DNA of 36,895 bases from Fonticula-like sp. SCN 57-25. Its lineage: Eukaryota. The stretch lies in assembly GCA_001724245.1 (NCBI GenBank), contig MEDX01000037.1, forward strand, positions 1 to 36,895, read 5' to 3'. Positions 1 through 10,978 of the stretch are shown piece by piece; position 1 is the stretch's first letter; each line of letters starts with the position of its first letter. The notes beneath the pieces were generated by a model. That model was not told the DNA's origin and did not search any database. It saw only the letters and a list, made by a program, of their open reading frames with translations. Position numbers and translations under genes: made by a program.

Positions 1-601
1 GAGGTGCGCGATGGAAAGGCAGACAAGTGGACGATGAGCTGGAGTGCGACAAGGCCACTTGTGGCGCAGACGCCACCATGAGAGACGATATGACAAGGGG
101 GATGTGAGACGGTTTATGTATCTTTTAAGAGTTGTGTTTTTGTGGTTGCCCCGCGCGGGATGCTCGCTGCGCTCTGTGATGCGTGGGGGGGTCGTGCGAT
201 ATATGTATGTAGGGGCGGCGTGTATCCTCCTTTCGAGAGAAAATTAATGCAGTCGACAGTGATCATTGATGGTCTAATATGGTGGAAAATGGGTTTGGAC
301 ACTCTTAAAGGGCACTTTTTGAATCGGAAATTGCGCGGGAAAGTAACAAAAATTCACAATGATTATCCATAGAGTAAAGCATGAAAGGACGATATGGTGG
401 CAATTGATAGATCTGATTCCTTTAATGGAATGACGTAAGCAATTTTCACTTGATTCTGTACTGAAATCGGTCATGTCTGGCTACATTTACTTTCAATTGA
501 TCGATGAATAATGAATGATATGAATAGGAATAATAATCAAAATGCACAAAAGAAGAGATGTCTGCTGCGCTCTACGTGTCTCATGCCTCTCTCTTTTCAC
601 T

Positions 602-3600
602 TTACCCCATAGCAAACCTCTTGATGGCGCCCAAGAACGACACCTTTTCACTGGTCATCTCTGGCGGCAGCGCATCCCTCGGCTCCAATTCGAGCGACAT
701 CTTGTACAGTAACGTCGGCGTCGACTGGTGCGCCTCCAGATCGGCCACGATCGCCGCCTTGTGCGCCGGATCAGGCACGTCATACTGGCACACGCGCTGG
801 AACTCGAGGAACGCCGACAGAATGTTGTACAGCAGCGCGCGCTTTGTCCAGTTGATGAGTCCGTCGGGCGTAAAGTTTGGGTTGCCGTCCTCGATAAAGG
901 TCAGGTCCGAGAGGATGACGCCCATGAACGGGATGACGGGGCCCGTCGCGGCGCGCAGGCTCGCGCGGTACGTCCGGAACGAGCCGAGCGAGCTCATCTC
1001 AGTCTCAATGTCGGCCTGCATCTTGCGGAAGCGCGCGGGGAGGTCGCGAAGAGTGTACTTGAGGCGCGTGACGGCGGCGGAAGAGAGGCCGGCGAGGACG
1101 CCCATGACGCCGTGAAAGTTGTTGAGCGAGCGAAGGAACTGGCACAGGAGGATCATGTTGGACATGATCTTGCGGCGCGTGCGCATGCGCGGCTCGCTCA
1201 GGATGGCGTAGGCGACCCAGATGGAGACAAGGTTCGTGTGGTTGACGAGCTTGGTGAGGTTGGGCGCGCGCGTCTTGGCGTCCTTCTTGCTCCAGGCCTG
1301 GCCGGCAAGCTCATACAGCTGGGGGGGGGGTCAGTAGAAGAAAGGGAAAGTGGGAAAAATGACAGAAAAGTAGCCAGAAAATAGCCAAAAAGTAACCAAA
1401 ATAAGATAAAATTTAGCCAAAAAGTAGCCAAAATCAATCAAAATCAACCAAAAAGTAACCAATTCATATTCAAAAACCACACAAAAACATTCAAAAATGT
1501 GCCAAAAACGTACACGAATGGCGCGGAAGTATTCAGCGTCGACCTGCGTGAGAATGACCGCGACCTGCTTCGGGTCAAACTGCAACATTGTGCGAATGAT
1601 TGACGCGTCGCTCGGCCCTACTGGCCTGTCGACAATTCCCTGCGCGAGCTTGCGATGGTAAAGGAAACGCTCTCCCGAAATGTACAGCGAGAGGCACTGC
1701 TGCAGGTTATCTGCAAGGTACTCCGAGTCCTTTCGAACGACATTGTTGATAAAAGCGATAATTTCGTCGATGACGTGCGGCTTGTGCGCCAAATCCTGGT
1801 CGTAACGGTTGATGATCCACTTTTTAAACACGTTGCAGACGCGCATCTGCACCGGATTGCGCACGTCGCTCTCATAGTTTACGTAGTTGATGCCGTCGGG
1901 GCACGGCGGCACGTCGTACCGCTCGACCATCTTTTTCACAAAGATCTCGGGCTCGGTGAACGTCTGGAGGGTCATCATGAACGTCTTGTAAAAGTCAGAG
2001 CCGCTGAGGGCGTCCGCCGCATTGTCCAGCGGCGAGGTAAGGTGCACGACAAGCTGGTTGAGGTTGCCCGCGCGGACAACAAAGCGGTTGTTTTCGCGCA
2101 CAAACACAAGCTGCGTGTTCTCGTTCCAAATGTGGTCCGCGGCAAGGTTGGAAAACTGCTTGCGAGCGGCGCGCTCATTGGACGCGTCCAGCGACATGGC
2201 GCCGGCGGCGGCCGTCGTCTCCATGAGCTTCTTGAGCGACTGCTGCTGCTCCTCGAGCTCGTCCAGCTTTTCTTCAATCGTCTTGATCGCGCTCTTGACA
2301 ATGCTCTGGCCCGCCGTCTGCGCCTTGTTCTTCTCGTGCGTCCGGCGCACCTTTTCCTCCACGGCATTCACGGCCTGCTCGTCGTCGGCGCCCGCCCCGT
2401 TCAGCCGCATCCCAGACGTCCGGCGAACGTGGCGCATCATCGGCGTCTCGCCCACCGACACGCCGTTGCGCGACGCAGCGGCCGCGGCGACGGCGCCCTC
2501 GCTGTCGTCCGCGGGGCGCAGCAGCTCCTCGGGGACGCCGTCCTCGTACTTGTAGTCCATGTGGATGAACTCGCGCGCCTGCTCGGCCTCGGACAGGATC
2601 GGGTCGTCCGTCGAAGACGCGCGGCTGAGAATGGTGTTGTCGAGCGGCGCCGCCGGCAGCAGCGTCTGCGAAAGCTCAACGAGCTTGTCCACTGACTGGT
2701 ACGCGCGCAGCAGCTGCGCGCGACGCTCGGCGGCCTCGGGGCCAAAACCGTCCGCGCCGTTCTCGAGGATCGCGTTGGCCGCCTGCAGCAGCTCGCGGCT
2801 CGTCTTGTCCACGCGGTCCTGCAGCGCCGCCGCGGCGTTAAAGTCCTCCTCGCTCACCGGCACGACGACCAGGTCGGACGCGGCGGGCGCGGCCGGCGGC
2901 TCCTGCTTGAGCTGCTCGGCGTACTGCGACAGGTGCGCCTCGGCCTCGCGCGCAATCTCGGCGAGCGTCTGCCGCGCCTCAACGACGGGGCTCGCGAGCG
3001 CTTCCTCGCCGTGCACAATCTTTTCGCCGAGCTTGATGCGCAGCTCGCGCGACGGGCGGTCGGTGCGCGCCGACAGCTGGCTCATCGTGCGCTGCAGCGT
3101 GCGGCGCACATTGTTGTGGCTGTCCTCGACAAAGCGCACCTGCTGGTCCGGCCGCAGCGTCTTGGGGTCCGTGCGCTCAATGGCAGTGCGCACGGCGGCA
3201 AGCTCCTGCGTCTGCGCGAGAAGCGACTCGCGCGACGCCGGCGGGCCGTTCGCCAGCACATACGCCGCCTGCGCGCTCAACGCGTGCAGGTTGTTGGTCG
3301 CCGCCGAGACGGCGCTCTTGAGCATGCTCGCGTTCCCGCCGCCAAGGCCGCCGCCGCCAATAGCCGCCGCGGACCCGGGCGCCGCCTCCGACATGCCGTA
3401 CTGGATGCCCTCGAGCGCGACGGCCATGCGGTCCGTCTCAGTCGCCAGCTTCATCATCGCGTCCGACGGCTGCGAGCCGGTCGCAGCAGTGTACTGGCGC
3501 AGCTGGTTCGCCGCGCCGGAGCGCTCAATGCCCTCGAGGCGGCCAGCGTGGGCCTCCTCGCGAACGTGGCCGGACCGAGCGGCGTCCTCCATTACGCTGA

Positions 3601-4712
3601 TAAACAGCGAAAAGAGGTCCTGGCGGCGCACGTGGAGACGCTCCTCGTTCATAAAGCCGTAAATGTCGTCAACGAGCGACTCGATCTCCTTGATCACCTG
3701 CATGACAAGGTACTGCGCGTCGGCCTCCTTGCTCGGCGGCGCAGACGTGGAGCTGAGCGGCAGAGGTGAGCAAACAACAAATATATAAAAGAGACGCACT
3801 CATTGATGCGGTTGGCAAGGCGCTCGTTCAGGTTGTTAAGCGCATCAAAAGTGTCGTTTAGCGACTTGCTCAAAAGCTCGGGCGTCGTCGGCTGCACGGC
3901 CATCTTGCTGCACGACTCGGCAAGCCTAAAAGTACGATCAGAATCGGCGCGCGGAAAGAAAGGACATTGCGCACCGTGCCAAAACTGTTGTGGCAAGGTC
4001 AAACTTGTCCACCAGGCGCTGCTTGGACTTAAGCGACTCGGAGCACAGCTGCAGCGATCGCGACGCGAGCTTGAGCTCAGCTTCGACTTCCTCTACGTAG
4101 CACAGCCTCGCGACATCGTGCGCAGTGCAGCTGGAACGGGTGTCAGCAAACTCTCCGCGCCACAGGCAACCAAACGCACCATGCAGACGCCAGCGCCTTG
4201 TAGCCGGCAAGGTACACTTTGTAAAAGGCTTCCGGTGCCAGGTGTTCGATGTCGCAGTTGGCCGTCAGGATCGAATACTCAACCTCAATCTTGGCGGACG
4301 CGCGCTCCATCTTGGAGCGAATCTCCTCGTGGTCAGGCGACAGCGACTGCGCCACCTGCTGACTCCATGTAAACTTGCTCTGAAAGATCCTGTTCGCGGA
4401 GGAGGCGAGGGGGGAGGACGGGGCCAAGGATTAGCACATGGAACATGAGGGGTTGGCAGCACGCGGCATGACGTACCGCTTCGCATTGTCCAAAAGGTTT
4501 TCCATAGACGGCTTATGTCCCACTTTCTTGCTCTGGAAGCCAACGGCGCGCACTCCCAGCGTCACCAGGCTGGTTAGGAACGGCGGCAGCGGGCCGCCGT
4601 CGTGCGCCATGCTTTCACGCTCGGTTGGGATGACCACTAGGCGAAAACGGTTGACAAGATGCGCAATTTCCTGTTTGGGGAAGTATCGGACAAATATGGT
4701 GTGATTGTCCAT
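602..4712 (-). CDS. Large Ras guanine-nucleotide exchange factor (REM + CDC25 domain) with long helical N-terminal region, ~1227 aa, 6 exons
   Basis: Exons 4477-4712, 4180-4389, 3975-4130, 3800-3925, 1514-3752, 602-1318 join in frame (3684 nt) across GT-AG introns. REM motifs: VRAGNLNQLVVHLT, FYKTFMMTLQTFT, QMRVCNVFKKWI. CDC25 motifs: LNNFHGVMGVLAGL, PVIPFMGVILSDLTFIEDGNPN, GLINWTKR. Confidence 0.9.
1340..1510. repeat. Degenerate ~10-11 bp tandem repeat (phased A-tracts) filling the 195-nt RasGEF intron 1319-1513
   Basis: Units such as AAAAGTAGCC / AAAATAGCC / AAAAAGTAACC / AAAATCAACC recur about every helical turn. Confidence 0.75.
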
Positions 4713-5197
4713 ATTTGGATGATGGAATGCAATGCCATTCGTCCGTTTGCTGCGCTCCAGGTGGTGTCGTAGTCGGGCAGAACATCGCATAGAAGAGAGC
4801 CAAAAAAAAATGGCCGCGGGTAGCGGGAAGGCCAAGTGGCCTCACACAGCGTTTCATGTATGTTCAGGAATATTTTTTTATATTGTGTAAAGTAAAGGTA
4901 TGGTTGGAATGATGAAATATGCTCCGGTATGCTATCCAAATTCCGCATGTCATAGTATACGCGGTACACCATGGGGCACATACGCCGCTGCAAGTGAGTA
5001 TTCAGCGAGGCACAATGCAGCCCTGTATTATGCCTCGTTTCTGCGCTCCTTTGATTCCCGCCGGCGCCCCATTTGAGCGTCCTTGTGCTGCGCCATTGTT
5101 TGCATACTTCCACGTGGCCAAATCTCAACATTTCAGGAGCTGCACGTTTCACCTTGGAATCGCCAAGCATTGCACGGTCGAGATTGCTGCGGGCAGC

Positions 5198-7275
5198 ATG
5201 TCGAACGTGTTTGACCCGCCGCCGTTTCCTCCCGGCGCGGCGCCGACGATTTCGATCCCGCCCGAGGTCTACGTGTACTGCGCGCTGGCCGTCACTGTGA
5301 TTACGCTCGTCAAGCAGTATGTGGACGTGATTGCGTCCCTCTCGACGTCGATCCCCAAGCTGCTCGTCATCTTTTACGTGATTGGCGCATGGGGTCTTGT
5401 GTACCTTCTTATCGTGGTTGCGGACTCGATGCTTGTTGCAAACGAGGCGCAGATAGGCTCTTTCCAGATGATCAGGTCGAGCCTACTTCTTGGCGCGGTG
5501 TTTTTGGTGCAGGGCCCGTACCTCCTGCTGCCCCCGCTGCGCAAGATCCTCGTCGAGCGTGGCCCGCTCAAGCACATTGTGCAGGGAGCGCAGCGCAAGG
5601 AGACGCGCTACGTTGCTCTGTTTCTTTTTGCATGCATCACGGCGGCGCAGGGCTTTGTTGCCTACAGCCTTTACCTCGTGATCTCGCGCGTGCTCGAGAT
5701 TGATCTCGCTCAGACACTCGGCATTGTGCTCGCCTACTGCCTCGTTTGTGTGTTTTACCTGTACGCCTTCCTGTGCTCGATGCTGAAGCGCAGCATCAAG
5801 GTGGCTGGTATCGATCCCTTTGTGCATTTCCGCGCCAACTTTACCTACGAGTCTCACGGCAAGATCGTGAACGCGCTCGAGACCAAGGCGTTCCTCTACC
5901 TGTACGTCTTTTCGTACATTTTTATTGCGCTCGGCTGCTTTGCCTGTGTCATCTACTACTTTGTCATCGACTACTTTGCCTACGTTGCGCGCGGCGCCGC
6001 CGTCGACGTCCTGATCATTGCGAGCGTCTTTTTCGGCCTGTGCATCCTGACCGTCCTCTGCTCTGCCGTCTTCATCCTCAACGAGGCGTTCCGCGTCGTC
6101 AAGGTGACCGTCATCGTGGACCTCTCCGGCGAGTCGGACCGCGAGGAAGAGTTTGAGGCAGAAGAAGAAGAAATCGCGGCGCGTGGCGCCCCGATCGAGA
6201 TGGAGGAGCGCCGCGAAAAGGCCTACTCGGACGACAGCAAAGAGCTGAAAAGTAAAAAGAGCAAGAGCAAGAGCTCATTGGCCGTCCACGCCGATGAAAG
6301 TGTGACGTACGCGTCAGCAAAGCCGGTGCCGCAATTCCGCGTTCCTGCTGCGCCCGTTCCCGCTGGCGGCGCCGTCATGCGCGGCGGCGGCGAATCGCGG
6401 CGGGAAGAGCAGCCGAGCATGGAGTATGCGGGGGATTCCCTGGACGAAGAGCTGGAGGCGTCGCTGAGCAACGTGCCAGTCATCCCGCGCAGCACTTCGA
6501 TTGCCTCGTGGACACCGCCGCCGCCGCCGCCAATCAGCGGCGCCCAGCTCGACCGGCCGCCATCCGGCCCGCCACCGCCGCCGCCGTCTCGCTCGCAGAT
6601 TCCGCTTCCGCCGCCGCCGACCGGCGGCATGGCCTCGCAGTCTGGTACGACTATTTTTTTGTCCTTTTCGTCGTGTTTGCTAACAATAGATTGTTTTCCC
6701 GCGTTTTAGGCTCGCTGGTGCGGCCAGAGTCGCTCGCTGAGATTCCGTTTGCGGACGCGCAGATTGGCGCGAATGGCCTTCAGGAGCTTTGGGGCGATCT
6801 TTTCTCGCGCTGGCTGAACAATATCGGTCTTGGCCACCTGCCGCCCGCCGTGCACGAGCTGAGCGGCCCGCACTTGCGCGACATGAACCGCCTCGAGATT
6901 GAAAACATGGGCGTGTCATTTGCCGATGCGACGCAGCTGCTGCTGCACGGCTTTATCACAGAGTACCGCCTGGGCGCGCCGCCGAGGTTCCTGCCGCCGC
7001 CCAACACGATGCTGCGCTGGGGCGTGCACGAGACCGCCACGTGGTTGATGCAGCTCGGCGATCCGTTTAACGCGCTCGCGGGGCTCGGATGGACGGGGCC
7101 GTGCCTCGCGTCGCTCACGCCGGCCATCATCATTGCCATGTCGGGCGGCGCAGTCAGCGTTACCGACGCAATGCGGCTCGTCGGGATCGTGCAGACCCAC
7201 CTACTCTCAGAGGACGCGCCGGAATGGACGCGCAGGTGGAACTCGAACGACACGATTTTGGACATGCTGCCATAA
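5198..7275 (+). CDS. Multi-pass membrane protein (~7 TM) with acidic/proline-rich linker and two C-terminal SAM-like domains, ~670 aa
   Basis: Exons 5198-6644 and 6710-7275; intron GTACGA...GCTAAC...TAG. Seven hydrophobic segments and poly-Pro tracts. SAM-like patterns RWLNNIGLGHL..LSGPHLRDMNRLEIENMGV and WGVHETATWL..GWTGPCLASLT. Confidence 0.75.
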
Positions 7276-7512
7276 GAGGAGGGGGGAGCGTCGCGGGACG
7301 AGCGCTCAAGGTAGAGCATTGTAGGTTTGAAGTTTGCCCGATAGGGGTTGTTTTGTTATTGTATTTTGGTCAGAGAACCATACTCAACTCAGCACATTAC
7401 AATGGAAATCGCACAATCAACAAAATGTACAGGGAAAAAACACGCAGTAAGAGTGTCGGGGACGGCACAAGTATAGTGTAAAGCAAATATACGTCGGAGG
7501 CAGAGAGGGGAA

Positions 7513-8056
7513 TTAGGATTCGTCGAGATCGTTCTCGTCCGACGAGCTGATGACTTGGATGCCCGCCACCTGCTCCTCCTCTTCCTCTTCGTCATCGTCG
7601 TCATCGTCATCGTCATCATCGCCGCTCTCATTCACGTCAATTACCGGAAGCCCTTCCGTTTCTGTCTGTCCGTCTGCCTCCGTGACGCCCAGGCCTAGCC
7701 GCATCTGGATGACAGACTCGCCTTGCCCCACGTCCTGGATGTCGACATTCTCTCCCCTCGCCATCTTGGCCGCGAGGTCGCGGTTCGCCGACTCCATGGC
7801 AGGCAAAAAGGCCTGCAGTCTTCCGAGCACTAGAGAAATAAAAAAAAAACGTTAAAATAGGGAACAGGAGCTTTCCGCTTGGCGAACCAGAGGAAGTTTC
7901 CCGAAAGGTCTTTGGCGGCTGCGGCATCGAAGGAGGCTGCATCAAGAGGGAGGCAGACGGCGCGCCAAAGGCGGCAGAATCCTCTGCTAGCAACAGATCT
8001 GTGCGCCGGGTGCGCTTCGAGGCATCAGCCGAGGACACCTCCTTAGCCTGCGACAT
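7513..8056 (-). CDS. NOPCHAP1: NOPCHAP1/C12orf45-like (DUF4598) C/D snoRNP assembly factor, ~161 aa
   Basis: Exons 7888-8056 and 7513-7829. Motif SVLGRLQAFLPAMESANRDL...VDIQDV...IQMRLGLGV followed by an acidic tail. Confidence 0.75.
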
Positions 8057-8535
8057 TGATCTCTACCGCGAGGATGCTACGATGTTCGGTGGACAGGATC
8101 GCTGCGTGGTGAATGATGACTGCGCACTACGGGGTCGGTGACCCTAAAACACAATGTGATGTGAGGTGCATAAAGACGCAAAAGAGCTCAACGCAGCAAA
8201 TGCACCGCAACGCAGTCGCCTGTTGCTTTGTTATTTCTATTTATTTCTGTATGTGTGGCTTGCGCTGTCCTTCGCCTCCTATGATCCGCCACTTTTGAAG
8301 GATGCCGTTTCAGGGCATCCCGGACGATCCACGTACGGCGGCGGCGCGGTGCTGCCAGCTACTGCTCTATCAGCACAGCAGCACAGCATAGTAAGCCGCC
8401 TACACACGGTGAAACAGAATGCCACTCCCATTGTGCTCAATGAAACTACTCGATTCCGGTATATAATAGGCGATGTTACAATTCAAGATCACTAAATAAG
8501 CGAATAAACAAAATAAAACAGAGCAAAGGCGGTGC

Positions 8536-9029
8536 TCAGTTTGCTGGCGTAGGCTCGGGGGCGTGAGGTACCTGCGCCCCCGCCTGCATGTCCGCCTTTT
8601 GCTTTTCAAGGAACTTTCTGTTGCACGACATTGTTAGCCACAGGGGAGGCATCCAACGAATACGCACTCTCTCTGCTGCATGAGCATCTGCTGCTTGCGC
8701 TTGATCAATACCGACTCGCGCTCGGCAGACGTTGTCCCCCACACCTGCACCTCCTTTTCGCTGATCGGCGTCGACGGGGAGCGGTCGATCGTCGATAGGA
8801 TGTGCTTGTATGTTGTCTTTTTAGAGTCGGGCGTCTGCACAGAGAGGGCAACCAGGATGCCCGCGTTAGATCCTCAGAGCCGCGCGCACAATAAGGAAAA
8901 GCGTACCGACGGCGACGTCCGATCAGCCGGCCCGCCAGGGGACGCGTTGCCGGCTCCAAAGAGGTAAATAACGACGCGCGTAACCAGAATGAGGCCGCCA
9001 AAGAACACAAGCAAATTCAAAAGAGACAT
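8536..9029 (-). CDS. Small N-terminally anchored protein with C-terminal Ube2g2/Ubc7-binding (G2BR-like) helix, Cue1-like, ~123 aa
   Basis: Exons 8907-9029, 8668-8834, 8536-8617 (372 nt, in frame). N-terminal TM MSLLNLLVFFGGLILVTRVVIYLF. WGTTSAERESVLIKRKQQMLMQQREKFLEK resembles the gp78/AUP1 G2BR. Confidence 0.7.
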
Positions 9030-9230
9030 TATCACTCTCGTCAATCTAGATATTCGCTTGATTGAAAAACACCCCTCCTAGCTGTGTTGATCAAGTTGCC
9101 ACGACGCCCTTTAGCCGACTGTCGCGCAGCAAAAAAGCGCGGGATCCGCAGCTGACCAGCTGACGTAAAGCAGGTGTCAGGGGTGATTCAGCCCCAGACT
9201 GTCAATCACCAAACAGATCACGTGGCCGCG

Positions 9231-10595
9231 ATGGTGCACTCGTTGGCGCGGTCGGCTCGGCGGCCGGCCGTTGTGGAGGATCTTTACGACAGGAATGAGT
9301 GGGGCGGTGCGTGGTCATTTGGCATTATTGTGTTTGTTGGACTGTGCATTTGTAGGTGACTGTGAACGCCGCTCTGCTTTTTGTATTAACTGCCGCTAAC
9401 CATCCTGTTTTGCTGTTTGTTTAGTGAGCGTGTCGCGTTCGCGCGTCGTGTCGCCTCGCCACCAGTCGTGGCGGTCTCACTTTTTCCTCAATTCCTACGG
9501 TTTTGACAGCGTTGCGATTGCGGAGCATCTCCTGCGGTGGTCGGCTGGATGGCCAAACTACCCGCTTGACGCGCCGGCGGTCCATTGGCTCGAGTACCGC
9601 GGGCGCTTTGCGCAGGACTCGTACCTGGTCGATCTCGGTGCGCGCGGCCCGCGCCTCCCGCGCGGCTTTGATATGTGGGTGGGCACAGACGCGGTAAAGA
9701 CGCTCGGCGCGTCGCTCCTGCAGCGCGGCGAGACGGCGCCGTACGTCGCGCAGTGCGCGGCGCACTCGACAAGCGCGAACCGCACTCTTCAGGCTCGCAT
9801 CTTTGCGCAGAACTGGACGCCGTCGCTGCCGCTCGGGAGGCCGTTTGAGTGGGACTCGGGGAGGCAAGCGGACGGCGCGGCAGGCGCGGGACAGGGCTCC
9901 ACTGTGGCGATCGCGGGTGCGAGCATCGCAGGTCTGTTTCACCTGAGCCCCACCATGGCTGCCGGAGCAGAGGCGCTTGTCGCGGCCAACTGGAAGCACG
10001 CAGATAGAGGTGCGCGGGGTTTTTATTAATTTTTGCTGATTTTGCCGTGTTTTTACCGTGCTTTTATGTGTTTTTGTGAATTTTATTCTTTTATGCTGAC
10101 TTTTTTGACGCAGCTGCCGACTACACTGCGCTTGGGACGCTGGGCGTCCGCTGGTTTGTCCAGCCATGGTTGTGCATGTCTGCGTCTTTTACCTCTCGCC
10201 TTGAGGGCCGCCTTGCGCTTGCCTTCCGCGACGCCCCCGGTGGCTCGGTTCGCGCCGAGCTGACGCACATTGTCACGCAAAACAACAATGTCAAGGCCAT
10301 CGGATCAGTCTGCTACGAGACGGCGCATCGCACATACGTCACCGCGGCGCGCCGCACGTCGCCCGTTGTGCTCAAGACGCGAATTGAGCTTGCCACAAAC
10401 GACCGGTACGGCCTCGTGGCCGAGATCGCGGCACCGGATGCCGGCATCGCATTGTCGATGCGGACGGTCTACTCGAGGGACGCGGGCGCGTGCCTCGTCG
10501 GCGCAGAGATCCACATCAACGAGCCTATTGCGCGAATCACAGACCTTTTTGCGTACGCCTCTCATTTCTCGCGCTGTGAACGCAGCCGATACTGA
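9231..10595 (+). CDS. Divergent mitochondrial outer-membrane beta-barrel, Tom40/Mdm10 (eukaryotic porin) superfamily-like, ~380 aa
   Basis: Exons 9231-9306, 9425-10009, 10114-10595 in frame; an optional in-frame 33-nt intron at 10553-10585 is possible. Alternating amphipathic strands. GLFHLSPTMAAGAEALV and LGTLGVRW resemble Tom40/Mdm10 segments; near-terminal strand LVGAEIHI. Confidence 0.55.
10010..10113 (+). repeat. Intron with ~10-nt periodic T-tracts
   Basis: TTTTATTAAT TTTTGCTGAT TTTGCCGTGT TTTTACCGTG CTTTTATGTG TTTTTGTGAA TTTTATTCTT... Confidence 0.6.
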
Positions 10596-10978
10596 CGTGG
10601 CGTAGTGGGGCGTCGGCGCTGATGGGAACTGCGGCGGGGGCGCAGAGGTAAATTGTATACGCTCAGCGACCATTTTTGTGATGACTGTATAGATGAATCT
10701 CCACTTGCTCGGCGCATTGTCTAGAGGAATATCTCTGGAACGCGCTGAATGTTTCAGTTTGTGCCCGTTGCTGTTGTACGAGCGAATGCATAATTATTAT
10801 TGTGAAATCTTGTTGCATGCGAAGGCACTTTTAACCATAATCAGCAGCAGAAATAGTCCTATTTCACATGTAGCAGCGTCCGCATTGCCTTTCTGTTCCA
10901 CCACTCGGGCCCGTTATTGCCATCAACGCAGGGTCCACTTATCCTTTGGCGCCGTTCCGTTTCCCGCGCAAATCCGCC

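Noticed and set aside
3938-4835. Three short minus-strand ORFs treated as separate genes
   Set aside because: They splice in frame into the RasGEF as its first exons.
8113-8495. Box C-like ATGATGA at 8113 and the 109-aa plus-strand ORF 8166-8495
   Set aside because: No matching D box or stem; the ORF lacks an ATG start and the coding bias of real genes here.
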